DNA of 64,000 nucleotides, taken from Bacteroidales bacterium (GTDB lineage Bacteria; Bacteroidota; Bacteroidia; Bacteroidales; UBA932). The translations under genes were made by a program, and so were the position numbers. The DNA is taken from positions 42,790-106,789 of the forward strand of contig JAGCVJ010000014.1 in NCBI GenBank assembly GCA_017962375.1. The letters are read 5' to 3'. Shown here piece after piece: positions 36,123-45,503 of the stretch. Positions within the stretch are counted from its first letter, which is position 1, and each line of letters opens with the position of its first letter. The notes under the pieces were generated by a model. The model was not told the origin of the DNA, made no database searches, and worked only from the letters and a program-made list of their open reading frames with translations.

Positions 36123-36761
36123 ATGAAGAAAGGATTTTTTGTTGCCGCTATGGCACTGGCATTGATGTTTGCCACTGATTCCTATGCACAGGTTATCGGG
36201 AAAGACATCGTTACAAAGAATGAAATATCCGTTTCTTACGGAACGCTTTCCAACTCCGAGTGGATTGAGGTTTTTCAGGATGTTGTTACAGTCATGTTCG
36301 GTGGAGAAACAAAGCAGAAGAGCGCAGTGGGTCCTGTTTCGGTTGAGTATTTCAACCGTCTCACCCCGGTTGTTGCCGTGGGTGCCATCGGGTCCGTTGC
36401 CTCGTTCAAAGACGACGTGTTTTCTAGAGACCTGTCTGGCACCACAACAGGAGAAGCCGCCAAAACCAAAACTGGAAGCTACACCCGCTCTTACCTGACT
36501 TTCATGCCAGCGGCCAAGTTCAACTGGCTGAGGAAAGAGCATTTCGGAATGTACTCCAAAGTTGCCGCAGGCATCAGCTTCGTGAATACCAACATGAAAG
36601 ACGTTGACCCTGCAGTTGCCACTGAAAAGAACAAGGACGTGGCGTTCAACTTCCAGGCATCGCTGATCGGCATCGAGGCCGGCGGAAAGCTCCGCGGCTT
36701 TGCCGAGTTCGGAATGGGAGAGCAGGGCGCCATCCTTCTGGGCATCCGCTACAACTTCTAA
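36123..36761 (+). CDS. Outer-membrane beta-barrel (porin-family) protein
   Basis: ORF track, 212 aa. Signal peptide ending SYAQ. Alternating beta pattern and a C-terminal ..GIRYNF. Confidence 0.75.
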   Translation: MKKGFFVAAMALALMFATDSYAQVIGKDIVTKNEISVSYGTLSNSEWIEVFQDVVTVMFGGETKQKSAVGPVSVEYFNRLTPVVAVGAIGSVASFKDDVFSRDLSGTTTGEAAKTKTGSYTRSYLTFMPAAKFNWLRKEHFGMYSKVAAGISFVNTNMKDVDPAVATEKNKDVAFNFQASLIGIEAGGKLRGFAEFGMGEQGAILLGIRYNF

Positions 36762-36809
36762 AAACCTTCTTTAAAATTCTTTCTGAAGAAGCTTTTTTGA
36801 AATTATTTC

Positions 36810-36817
36810 TATATTTG
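36810..36817 (+). promoter_or_regulatory. Orphan TAnnTTTG box (TATATTTG) in an intergenic region
   Basis: No ORF follows it. A hairpin with a T-run lies about 35 nt downstream (see findings). Confidence 0.3.
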
Positions 36818-36849
36818 CATTGTCATACGATTTAATTAGAGAGCAAGTA

Positions 36850-36890
36850 GCAGGTATCGAAACATTGAATGTGGAGATGCCTGCTTTTTT
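36850..36890 (+). terminator. Intrinsic terminator, either for the OMP gene or for a short transcript
   Basis: GCAGGTATC, a 17-nt loop, then GATGCCTGC (one G-U pair), followed by TTTTTT. Confidence 0.6.
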
Positions 36891-36907
36891 ATTGATAACA
36901 CATAAGC

Positions 36908-36946
36908 AAAAACAACCGGTTACAAAGCATAACCGGTTGTTTTTTT
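36908..36946. terminator. Bidirectional terminator; serves the minus-strand protease gene
   Basis: AAAAA, ACAACCGGTTA, a 7-nt loop, TAACCGGTTGT, then TTTTTT. Confidence 0.75.
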
Positions 36947-36967
36947 GTTTTGTATAATTCTAGTTGG

Positions 36968-39517
36968 TTACAGGCTTAAATCCTCCTCAGCGATGAAAGG
37001 CGGCATATTGTTGGTGGAAGGGGTTGTGGCCTTCTGCCTCTGGTCGGTGATGGCGCGCCTAACCCTCTCATAGAGGAAGCGGTTGTGCGCTCCGTTGAGA
37101 GTAGTGGTATTGGCAGATGCCGCCTTGAACCTGGCCTGGAGCATCTCCAGCTGGCCGAGTATCATTGAAGTAACATCTGAATTTCCCTTCTCCGCAGGAG
37201 TGTAGAGGGCCGTCGTTCCTCGGGTGGCGAAGCTGCTGCCGGAATACATGTCGCAAAGCTTCTGCACATAGATCTTCTGCATCATGCGGCGGAATGCAGC
37301 CTCCTGAGGGTCTGAAGGCATTGGGGCAAAGACCAGGTTGTTGAGGTCCGTGAAGTAATTCTCGATGGTGTAGGCGCTCTTTCCAAGAGCTTCTTCTGCC
37401 TGGAGGAGGTTACCCATTACGCGGCTGTCCACAAGCCTCGAGAGGGTTCCGTTGTAGATACCCTGCATAATGCTCAGCTTGTCCTTCTTTGTCTTGGCGA
37501 AAATCTCGTCCTTGAGCAGCCACTTAGGGGTGATGAAGAAATGCTTCTTGAGGAAGGCAAGGGCTTCCTGCTGCTTTGCCTTGCTTACGAAGGAGCGGAT
37601 GTCGCCAGGTTCCTCGGCCAGTTTCTCTTCAGTCATCACTCCGCCGATATATTTGGCAACGTGGTTGACATACCTCTTGTACTGGCCCACTACCTCGTCG
37701 TATATTTCGCTGAGGTTGGTGTAAGGCTCGTTAGGAGTGGCGGTCCAGGCTTCGATATTGTCCATTACAACCTTGAGGTTGTTCATTCCTATCTCGTTGC
37801 TCTCCATATGGTTTACGCCCAGGTCTTCGCTCTGGTAACGAGGGTCGGACGGGTCAAGCTCATCACCGTATTTATAAATTCCGGTTGGATCCTTGAGTTT
37901 TTCTGTCACTATCTTTTTCAGGTATTCGCTTTCCTCCTCGGGAGTCTTGAACTGAGGATAATACCTGTAGCCCCACTCTATCGCCCACTTGTCATAAGGG
38001 CCGATGCAAGGGAAAAGAAGCTCCTGAGGGATCTTGTCCTTCTCCTCTGCGACATAGAGGAAACGTGCGTAGTCCATGATGGAGGATGCGTGGCCGTACT
38101 TCTTGAGAAACTCCACGTCCTTAAGGTTCTCCAAGGTGTAAACCGGGCAGTTGCTGCCGGCAAAATTATGCATCAATCCAAGGGTATGGCCTACCTCGTG
38201 GGATGAGACGAAACGTATAAGCTGTCCCATAAGCTCGTCAGGAAGCAGCATGTTCCTGGCCATAGAGTCAGATGGCGCACATTGTATAAAGTACCATTTG
38301 CGAAGCAGGTCCATAACGTTATGATACCAGTTGATGTGGGTCTCGATGATCTCTCCGCTTCGCGGGTCTGATACGTGAGGGCCGCTGGCATTGGCAACGG
38401 TGGACGGCTTATAGACGATAGCGGAATGGGTGGCGTCGTCCAGGCTCCAGGTCGGGTCCTCTTCCTTGGTCGGGGCCACCTTTGCCATGATGGCGTTCTT
38501 GAATCCGGCTGCCTCAAACGCTGCCTGCCAGTCGTTTACACCGGCTATCAGGTAAGGAATCCACTCCTTAGGAGTTGTAGGGTCTATGTATATCACGATT
38601 GGCTTTGCAGGCTCGACAAGTTCTCCGTTGATGTATTTCTGAAGGTCTTCCGGCTTTGGCTCCAGCCGCCAGCGGGCTACAAGACCGACTTTCTTTACTC
38701 CCTGAGGGTTCATGTCAAAGTCCGTGTACCTTTCCGTGAAATAGCCTACCCTCGGATCCACAAGACGTCCCATCATAGGCACCTTTGGAAGCAGGACCAG
38801 AGAAGCGTTGTACTCGTAGGTAGCGTTCTGGCCGTTTTCCTTAGCGTAGGTTATGACGCTGCGGAACTCGGTGTTGATAGGATAAGTCTTGATATCTGAC
38901 ACATAGCAGCGGTCCTTCATGAAGTTCTGCAAGGTTAAGGTCCTCTTCAGGCTCTTGTCGAAATGCAGAAGGGAGTTTTCCGTAAGAAGGAAGTTTGTAA
39001 CGTCTATCAGATTATCCGACTTGTCGTCATTCCAGGCAGCTATGTCGAAGGAAGCCACAATAGCCGCCGTGTTGGAATTCTTCACATTTTCCGCCATGCT
39101 TCCCGAGGCTCTTTCCTCAAGCATCACCTCATGCATGAATATCTTGTTACCGGGACCCTTGGAGAATCTGACCATAGTATGGCCGACAATATCCCCGGCA
39201 TAGCCTTCGGAGCCTCTTCTTCCGCCCTCGGCTCCCTTGCCGATTCTGGAAACCAGCGCGAGGTCTCTTCCGATTATGGAATCGTTGATGGTGATATACC
39301 ACTTGTCCTCCTGGTTGTAGACAGTGGTGAAACCTTTCATCACCTTGGCGTCTTTCTTTATGAATTTTTCAATAGACTCAGGAGCTTTCTTCTTTGAAGG
39401 CTGAAGCGGTGCCTGTCCGTCCTTCGGAGGAATCTGGGCAGAAGATGGCATTGCACTCAGGCACATTACAGCAGCGAAGCAGAATGCTGACAAAAGAGTT
39501 GATAGACGTGATTTCAT
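36968..39517 (-). CDS. Secreted zinc-dependent metalloprotease (DUF5117/DUF4953-type), paralog 1
   Basis: ORF track, 849 aa with a signal peptide. VSSHEVGHTLGLMHNF motif. Confidence 0.85.
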   Translation of the reverse strand: MKSRLSTLLSAFCFAAVMCLSAMPSSAQIPPKDGQAPLQPSKKKAPESIEKFIKKDAKVMKGFTTVYNQEDKWYITINDSIIGRDLALVSRIGKGAEGGRRGSEGYAGDIVGHTMVRFSKGPGNKIFMHEVMLEERASGSMAENVKNSNTAAIVASFDIAAWNDDKSDNLIDVTNFLLTENSLLHFDKSLKRTLTLQNFMKDRCYVSDIKTYPINTEFRSVITYAKENGQNATYEYNASLVLLPKVPMMGRLVDPRVGYFTERYTDFDMNPQGVKKVGLVARWRLEPKPEDLQKYINGELVEPAKPIVIYIDPTTPKEWIPYLIAGVNDWQAAFEAAGFKNAIMAKVAPTKEEDPTWSLDDATHSAIVYKPSTVANASGPHVSDPRSGEIIETHINWYHNVMDLLRKWYFIQCAPSDSMARNMLLPDELMGQLIRFVSSHEVGHTLGLMHNFAGSNCPVYTLENLKDVEFLKKYGHASSIMDYARFLYVAEEKDKIPQELLFPCIGPYDKWAIEWGYRYYPQFKTPEEESEYLKKIVTEKLKDPTGIYKYGDELDPSDPRYQSEDLGVNHMESNEIGMNNLKVVMDNIEAWTATPNEPYTNLSEIYDEVVGQYKRYVNHVAKYIGGVMTEEKLAEEPGDIRSFVSKAKQQEALAFLKKHFFITPKWLLKDEIFAKTKKDKLSIMQGIYNGTLSRLVDSRVMGNLLQAEEALGKSAYTIENYFTDLNNLVFAPMPSDPQEAAFRRMMQKIYVQKLCDMYSGSSFATRGTTALYTPAEKGNSDVTSMILGQLEMLQARFKAASANTTTLNGAHNRFLYERVRRAITDQRQKATTPSTNNMPPFIAEEDLSL

Positions 39518-39537
39518 TGTTATTCCAATATCTTGTT

Positions 39538-39545
39538 CAAATATA
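39538..39545 (-). promoter_or_regulatory. TAnnTTTG -7 box (TATATTTG) for protease paralog 1
   Basis: Minus strand TCTATATTTGAAC, 21 nt upstream of the ATG at 39517. Confidence 0.5.
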
Positions 39546-39556
39546 GAGATTTTTTT

Positions 39557-39594
39557 GAAAAAGCACCCTCGGGAATCCCGTGGGTGCTTTTTTT
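39557..39594. terminator. Strong bidirectional hairpin between the two protease paralogs
   Basis: GAAAAA, GCACCCTCGGG, loop AAT, CCCGTGGGTGC, then TTTTTTT. Confidence 0.8.
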
Positions 39595-39636
39595 AGGATT
39601 AGCTGATCTTCAGCTATTTACAACGGACCATAGCCC

Positions 39637-42252
39637 TTATTCTCCAAGAACGCAGGCGGTGCCGAAGTCTTCCTCTGCGATGCCGAACGGAGTTGCGGCT
39701 GCCGGGGTGGATGCCTTCTGCCTCTGGTCGGTGATGGCGCGCCTTACCCTCTCATAGAGGAAACGGTTGTGAGCTCCGTTGAGAGTGGTGGTGTTGGCGG
39801 ATGCTGCCTTGAACTTGTTCTGGAGCATCTCCAGCTGGCCAAGGATCATTGAAGAAACATCGGAATTGCCTTTCTCTTCCGGAGTGTAGATCACTATCAT
39901 TCCGCCGGTGGAATTGCCGCTGCCGCTGCCGGTGTACATGTCGCAGAGTTTCTGGACATAGATTTTCTGCATCAAACGGCGGTAAGCTGCCTCTTCAGGG
40001 TCTGTTGGCATAGGGCCGAAGACAATGGAGTTCATGTCGGTGAAGAAGTTCTCAATGGTGTAGGCATTCTTGCCCAGGGCAACTTCTGCCTTGCACATAT
40101 TGTCAAGCACGCGGTTGTCCAGAAGCTTGCCGAGGGTTCCGTTGTAGATGCCCTGCATAATGGTAAGCTTGTCCTTCTTTGTCTTCTTGAAGATCTCGTC
40201 CTTGAGCAGCCACTTAGGAGTGGTGAAGAAATGCTTCTTGAGAAAGGCAAGGGCTTCCTGCTGCTTTGCCTTGCTTACGAAGGTGCGGATGTCGCCAGGC
40301 TCTTCGGCCAGTTTCTCCTCGGTAGTGATTCCGCCGATGTACTTGGCAACGTGGTTGATGTATCTCTTGTACTGGCTTACAACCTGGTCGTAAATGTCGC
40401 TGAGGTTGGTGTAAGGCTCGTTAGGAGTGGCCGTCCAGGTCTCGATGTTGTTCATTATGACCTTGAGGTTGTTCATTCCGATTTCGTTGCTGAGCATGTG
40501 GTTAACGCCCAGGTCTTCGCTCTGGTAGCGTGGATCGGACGGGTCAGACTCGGTTCCGAACTTGTAGATTCCGGTAGGATCCTTGAGCTTTTCGGTGACG
40601 ATTGGCTTGAGGAAATCTGCCTCCTCCTTAGGAGTCTTGAACTGAGGATAGTACCTGTAGCCCCACTCGATGGCCCACTTGTCGTAAGGGCCGATGCAAG
40701 GGAACAGAAGCTCCTGAGGGATGTTGTCCTTCTCCTCTGCAAGATACAGGAAGCGGGCATAGTCCATAATGGACGAAGCGTGGCCGTACTTCTTGAGGAA
40801 CTCAACGTTCTTGAGGTTCTCCACGGTATAGATCGGGCAGTTGCTGCCGGCGAAGTTATGCCTCAGGCCAAGGGTATGTCCAACTTCGTGAGATGACACG
40901 AAGCGGATGAGCTCGCCCATAAGCTCGGTTGGCAGAACCATGTTCCTGGCGGCCTTGTCTGAAGGGGCGCACTGTACAAAGTACCAGTTCCTGAGAAGGT
41001 TCATCACGTTGTGGTACCAGTTGATGTGAGTCTCTATGATTTCGCCGCTTCTCGGGTCGGATACGTGAGGGCCGCTGGCGTTTGCAACGTCACTTGGCTT
41101 ATAGACGATTGCTGAATGAGTTGCATCCTCCAGGCTCCAGGTAGGATCTTCTTCCTTGGTAGGAGCAACCTTGGCCATGATGGCGTTCTTGAAGCCGGCC
41201 TTTTCGAATGCTGCCTGCCAGTCGTTCACTCCGGCAATCAGGTAAGGAACCCACTCCTTTGGAGTTGTAGGGTCTATGTATATCACGATAGGCTTCTTTG
41301 GTTCCACAAGCTCGCCATTGATGTACTTCTGAAGGTCTTCATCCTTTGGCTCAAGCCTCCAGCGGGCAACCAAGCTAACCTGCTTCACTCCCTGAGGGTT
41401 CATGTCAAAGTCTGTGTACCTGACGGTGAAGTAGCCTACTCTCGGATCAACGATACGGCCCATCATAGGTTCCTTAGGAAGAAGTACCATAGAAGCGTTG
41501 TACTCGTAGGTTGCGCTCTGGCCGTTCTCCTTGCCGTAGGTTATCACGCTCTTGAACTCCGTGTTGATAGGATAGGTGTTGACCTCCTTCACGTAAGAAC
41601 GGTCTTTCATTATGTTCTGGAGAGTGAAGGTGCGCTTGAGGTACTTGTTGAAGTGCAGCAGAGGGTTTTCCGTAAGCAGGAAGTTGGAAACTTCAATCAG
41701 GTTCTCGGACTTGTCGTCATTCCAGGCGGCTATGTCGAATGAAGCCACAATAGCCGTGGTGTTGGACTTGAGAACATTGTCCGCCATGCTTCCGGTAGCC
41801 CTTTCGCGGAGCATCACCTGGTGGAGGAAAATCTTGTTGCCCGGGCCTTTGGAGAAACGTACCATAGCCTCGCCAACAATGTCGCCGGCATAGCCGTTGA
41901 AGCCCCTGCGGCCTCCCTCGGCGCTCTTGGAAATACGTGAAACCAGCTCGATGTCACGGCCGATGATACTGTCGTTGATGCTGATGTACCACTTGTCTTC
42001 CTGATTGTAGACAGTGGTGAAGCCCTTCATTATCTTGGCGTCTTTCTTTACGAATTTCTCCAGCGATTCAGGGCCTTTCTTCTTCTGGGCCTGGCCTTGC
42101 GGGCCGCCTTCACCGCTCGGCATCTGGCCTGGAGGAGGCGGGAAGTTGCCGTTTCTCTGAGAATAGCCCTCAGAAACGTTAAGCGTCATCATTGCCGCTA
42201 TGCAAAGTGCTGACACAAGAGTTGTCAGACGTGCTTTTGTAGTTGATTTCAT
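39637..42252 (-). CDS. Secreted zinc-dependent metalloprotease (DUF5117/DUF4953-type), paralog 2
   Basis: ORF track, 871 aa with a signal peptide. VSSHEVGHTLGLRHNF motif. Long identical runs with paralog 1. Confidence 0.85.
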   Translation of the reverse strand: MKSTTKARLTTLVSALCIAAMMTLNVSEGYSQRNGNFPPPPGQMPSGEGGPQGQAQKKKGPESLEKFVKKDAKIMKGFTTVYNQEDKWYISINDSIIGRDIELVSRISKSAEGGRRGFNGYAGDIVGEAMVRFSKGPGNKIFLHQVMLRERATGSMADNVLKSNTTAIVASFDIAAWNDDKSENLIEVSNFLLTENPLLHFNKYLKRTFTLQNIMKDRSYVKEVNTYPINTEFKSVITYGKENGQSATYEYNASMVLLPKEPMMGRIVDPRVGYFTVRYTDFDMNPQGVKQVSLVARWRLEPKDEDLQKYINGELVEPKKPIVIYIDPTTPKEWVPYLIAGVNDWQAAFEKAGFKNAIMAKVAPTKEEDPTWSLEDATHSAIVYKPSDVANASGPHVSDPRSGEIIETHINWYHNVMNLLRNWYFVQCAPSDKAARNMVLPTELMGELIRFVSSHEVGHTLGLRHNFAGSNCPIYTVENLKNVEFLKKYGHASSIMDYARFLYLAEEKDNIPQELLFPCIGPYDKWAIEWGYRYYPQFKTPKEEADFLKPIVTEKLKDPTGIYKFGTESDPSDPRYQSEDLGVNHMLSNEIGMNNLKVIMNNIETWTATPNEPYTNLSDIYDQVVSQYKRYINHVAKYIGGITTEEKLAEEPGDIRTFVSKAKQQEALAFLKKHFFTTPKWLLKDEIFKKTKKDKLTIMQGIYNGTLGKLLDNRVLDNMCKAEVALGKNAYTIENFFTDMNSIVFGPMPTDPEEAAYRRLMQKIYVQKLCDMYTGSGSGNSTGGMIVIYTPEEKGNSDVSSMILGQLEMLQNKFKAASANTTTLNGAHNRFLYERVRRAITDQRQKASTPAAATPFGIAEEDFGTACVLGE

Positions 42253-42289
42253 AATTGATATGGTTCTTTATTGATTTTATTTCCTCGAA

Positions 42290-42580
42290 TTAAACTCCTT
42301 CTGAAGACATCTGCTCCACCACCCAGTCTACGGCAGCGGCGGCAGGGCCTTCGGGTTCCAGGAGCTTGGAGTTGCTGTAGGCCTCCAGCGCCTCCCTGAA
42401 GAGCTGCTGGCGGCTGTAGAGGTTTCCGAGCAGATACCAGGCGTAGGAATTGTTGGGCTCCTTCTTCAAAAGAGAGGAAAGGCTGGAGTGAGCTTCCTCA
42501 TTCCTGCCTTCCCGCATAAGAGCCTCAATCTCCACGGCGGAGATTATCCTTCCCAGTATCTTGTTCTTGTCCTCCATCAA
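42290..42580 (-). CDS. Small TPR-like protein
   Basis: ORF track, 96 aa. NSYAWYLLGNLYSRQQLFREALEAY is TPR-like. Confidence 0.6.
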   Translation of the reverse strand: MMEDKNKILGRIISAVEIEALMREGRNEEAHSSLSSLLKKEPNNSYAWYLLGNLYSRQQLFREALEAYSNSKLLEPEGPAAAAVDWVVEQMSSEGV

Positions 42581-42604
42581 TGCTTTATCGCCGAGAATAA
42601 AGTT

Positions 42605-43225
42605 TTATACGATTCCCTGGAATCCCATAAACGCGAGGGCCAGAAGTCCTGCGGTTATGAGGGCGATAGGAGTTCCTTTGAGAGCCTTAGGCACGTTGCT
42701 CAGCTCCAGCTGCTCCCTCATTCCGGCAAACAGAATGATGGCGATTCCGAAACCGATGGCCAGGCTCATTGAATAAACCACGCTTTCTCCCAGGTTCATC
42801 ATGTGAGACTCAACACCCTTGGCGGAAAATTCCTTGGTTACAACCAGGATTGAAGCTCCCAGAACGGCGCAGTTGGTAGTGATCAGAGGAAGGAAGATTC
42901 CCAGTGCCTGATAGAGCGTAGGGTTGATCTTCTTGAGTATGATCTCCACCATCTGAACCAGGGCGGCAATCACCAGGATGAACACGATGGTCTGCATGAA
43001 GGTGATGTCCATCTTCTCGCCGAACCAGGTGTTTATCAGAACATAATTCTGGATCAGGTATGTAACCAGAGTGGCAAGGCCCATCACAAGCACCAGGGCA
43101 AGGCTCATTCCGAAAGCAGTGGAAACTTTCTTGGACACGCCCAGGAACGGGCAGATTCCCAAGAACTGGCTGAGTACTACGTTGTTTACGAATACTGCCG
43201 ATATTATGATAATCAAATATTCCAT
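42605..43225 (-). CDS. rnfA: Rnf complex subunit A
   Basis: ORF track, 206 aa. VNNVVLSQFLGICPFLGVS motif. Confidence 0.92.
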   Translation of the reverse strand: MEYLIIIISAVFVNNVVLSQFLGICPFLGVSKKVSTAFGMSLALVLVMGLATLVTYLIQNYVLINTWFGEKMDITFMQTIVFILVIAALVQMVEIILKKINPTLYQALGIFLPLITTNCAVLGASILVVTKEFSAKGVESHMMNLGESVVYSMSLAIGFGIAIILFAGMREQLELSNVPKALKGTPIALITAGLLALAFMGFQGIV

Positions 43226-43255
43226 AATGAAAATCTTAAAAGTTTAACACTGCGC

Positions 43256-43849
43256 CTAAGCCTTTTTCTTGCGGTCCTTAAGCTTGTTGAACAATACCAT
43301 CAGGTAGCCCAGCACCAGGAATGCTCCCGGAGCCAGAACGAATACCAGCATACCGTCTGAAGAAGAGAACTTGTTCTCGAAAGCGGAAAGGTTTCCGAGC
43401 ACTTCTCTTACCAGGCCGATGCAGGTCAGAGCCAGGGTGAAGCCGATGCCTATTCCCAGTCCGTCCAGGGCGCTCTCCAGTACTGAATGCTTGTTGGCGA
43501 AAGCCTCGGCTCTTCCGAGCACGATGCAGTTAACCACAATCAGAGGGATGAAGATGCCCAAGGTCTCGTACAGGCCAGGAGTATAGGCCTGCATTACCAG
43601 CTGGACTACAGTCACAAACGCAGCTATCACAACAATATAGCAAGGTATTCTCACCTTGTTCGGAATAACCGGAGCAAGAAGAGATATAACCATATTGGAG
43701 CAGAGCAGAACCGCCATGGTGGCCAGTCCCATACCCATTCCGTTTACAGCAGAAGTAGTTGTTGCAAGCGTAGGGCACATACCCAGTACCAGAACGAAGG
43801 TAGGGTTGTTCTTGACAATACCGTCTATCAGATATTTGAACTTGCTCAT
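43256..43849 (-). CDS. rnfE: Rnf complex subunit E
   Basis: ORF track, 197 aa. KNNPTFVLVLGMCPTLATT motif. Confidence 0.92.
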   Translation of the reverse strand: MSKFKYLIDGIVKNNPTFVLVLGMCPTLATTTSAVNGMGMGLATMAVLLCSNMVISLLAPVIPNKVRIPCYIVVIAAFVTVVQLVMQAYTPGLYETLGIFIPLIVVNCIVLGRAEAFANKHSVLESALDGLGIGIGFTLALTCIGLVREVLGNLSAFENKFSSSDGMLVFVLAPGAFLVLGYLMVLFNKLKDRKKKA

Positions 43850-43852
43850 AGT

Positions 43853-44452
43853 CTATTTGTTTTCTGAAGTAATATTGCTGAATACGTTTGCGGCAATTTC
43901 CATCGCGTCGCAGAAAGCTCTTGACGAGATGGTGGAAGCGGTGATGGCGTCAATGTCGCCGCCGTCTTTCTTTACGGAAAGGTTCACGCTTCCGTCTGTG
44001 AGGTTCTTGCCGTTCCACTGAGTGATGAAATGGCTGGACTTGTCGGTGATCTTGGCGCCCAGGCCCGGAGTCTCGGAGTGAGACAGCACGGAAGTGTTGT
44101 ACACTGTGCCGTCCGGGGTGAAGCCCACCATAATGGTGAACGGGCCGCCGAAACCTTTTTTGGTAGTGCTCTCAACGGCATAGCCTACAACCTCTCCGCC
44201 TTTCTTGGCAACGTAAACCTTGTTGGTTTCGTCCGGTTTCTGAAGGTCGGCTGCAATGTTGAGCACCTCCTCTGAAGGGTTGTTGTCAAATGCCGGAACC
44301 ACTTCTTCTATCGCCTTGTTGGTCTTGGCCGTAGCGGCTGCGGCGATAGGATCTTTGGTGACAGAGTAAATGACTGCCACTGCGGCGGATGCGCCCAGGC
44401 AAACCAGCGTGAGCACAAGCACCATGTTTCTGAGTGATGATTTGATAGCCAT
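43853..44452 (-). CDS. rnfG: Rnf complex subunit G (FMN-binding)
   Basis: ORF track, 199 aa. One TM helix. DAITASTISSRAF motif. Confidence 0.9.
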   Translation of the reverse strand: MAIKSSLRNMVLVLTLVCLGASAAVAVIYSVTKDPIAAAATAKTNKAIEEVVPAFDNNPSEEVLNIAADLQKPDETNKVYVAKKGGEVVGYAVESTTKKGFGGPFTIMVGFTPDGTVYNTSVLSHSETPGLGAKITDKSSHFITQWNGKNLTDGSVNLSVKKDGGDIDAITASTISSRAFCDAMEIAANVFSNITSENK

Positions 44453-45489
44453 TACTTTTTCTGCGCCTCCTCCGCAAATCTCTTAGGTTGGAATTTGTTC
44501 AAAAGCGGAACGGTAGCGTTCATTATAAGTATCGCGAAGGAAACTCCTTCCGGATAAGCGCCGAATGTTCTGATAAGAACCGTGATGACACCTATTCCGA
44601 TACCGAAGATCACCTGCCCCTTTGCTGTCATAGGAGAAGTCACATAGTCTGTAGCCATGAAGAACGCTCCCAGAAGCAGACCTCCGTTCAGCACGTGGAA
44701 TACAGGATCAACATACTTGGAAGAATCGCCGAGATAGAGGATTCCTGCAAATACAAATACCGTAGCCAGAATGCTCAGCGATATCCAAGGCTTGATAACC
44801 CTTCTGCAGAGCAGATAGATGAAGCCTAGAATCAGAGCCACGGCTGAAAGCTCGCCGGCGCTGCCGCCCATGTTGGCAAACAGGAGCTGAGTGTAAGACA
44901 GGCCAGGAGTTGCCATTATTTCCTGCATGGAAACGCCCTTTGCCAGCTGCTCCTTCACGAATCCGAGAGGAGTGGCGCCGGAAGTGGCGTCCAGAGCGGC
45001 TGAAGCCAGATCGGAGTTGCCGAAAAGATAACCGGTTTCAGGGGCGTGGAATGCAGTTCCCGTCATAAGCACAGGGAACGATACCAGCAGAACCACGCGG
45101 GCTACCAGAGCCGGGTTGAACAGGTTCTGCCCCAAGCCTCCGAAAGACATCTTGGCGATGCCGATTGCCACGAAGGCGCCGATAAGAATCAGCCACCAAG
45201 GCGAGCAAACCGGAAGGTTGAGGGCCAGCAGCACTCCGGTAACCACTGCGGAGAGGTCTCCCACAGTGCTTCTTTTCTTCATCAGGACCTTCTGGATAAA
45301 ATACTCGAACACCACGCAGGCCAGTACGCTCACGCATACCAGGTGTATGGCGCTCAAGCCGAAGAACCAGATTGAAACCAGAACGGCAGGAAGCAACGCT
45401 ATTATAACGTCTCCCATAATCTTTCTGGTTGATTCCTTCCCGTGGACATGCGGGGAAGGAGATACAATCAATGTATTCATTTGTTGCAC
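44452..45489 (-). CDS. rnfD: Rnf complex subunit D
   Basis: ORF track, 345 aa, polytopic. Position within the operon supports the call. Confidence 0.9.
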   Translation of the reverse strand: MQQMNTLIVSPSPHVHGKESTRKIMGDVIIALLPAVLVSIWFFGLSAIHLVCVSVLACVVFEYFIQKVLMKKRSTVGDLSAVVTGVLLALNLPVCSPWWLILIGAFVAIGIAKMSFGGLGQNLFNPALVARVVLLVSFPVLMTGTAFHAPETGYLFGNSDLASAALDATSGATPLGFVKEQLAKGVSMQEIMATPGLSYTQLLFANMGGSAGELSAVALILGFIYLLCRRVIKPWISLSILATVFVFAGILYLGDSSKYVDPVFHVLNGGLLLGAFFMATDYVTSPMTAKGQVIFGIGIGVITVLIRTFGAYPEGVSFAILIMNATVPLLNKFQPKRFAEEAQKK

Positions 45490-45503
45490 GTTTTAATAGT
45501 CAA

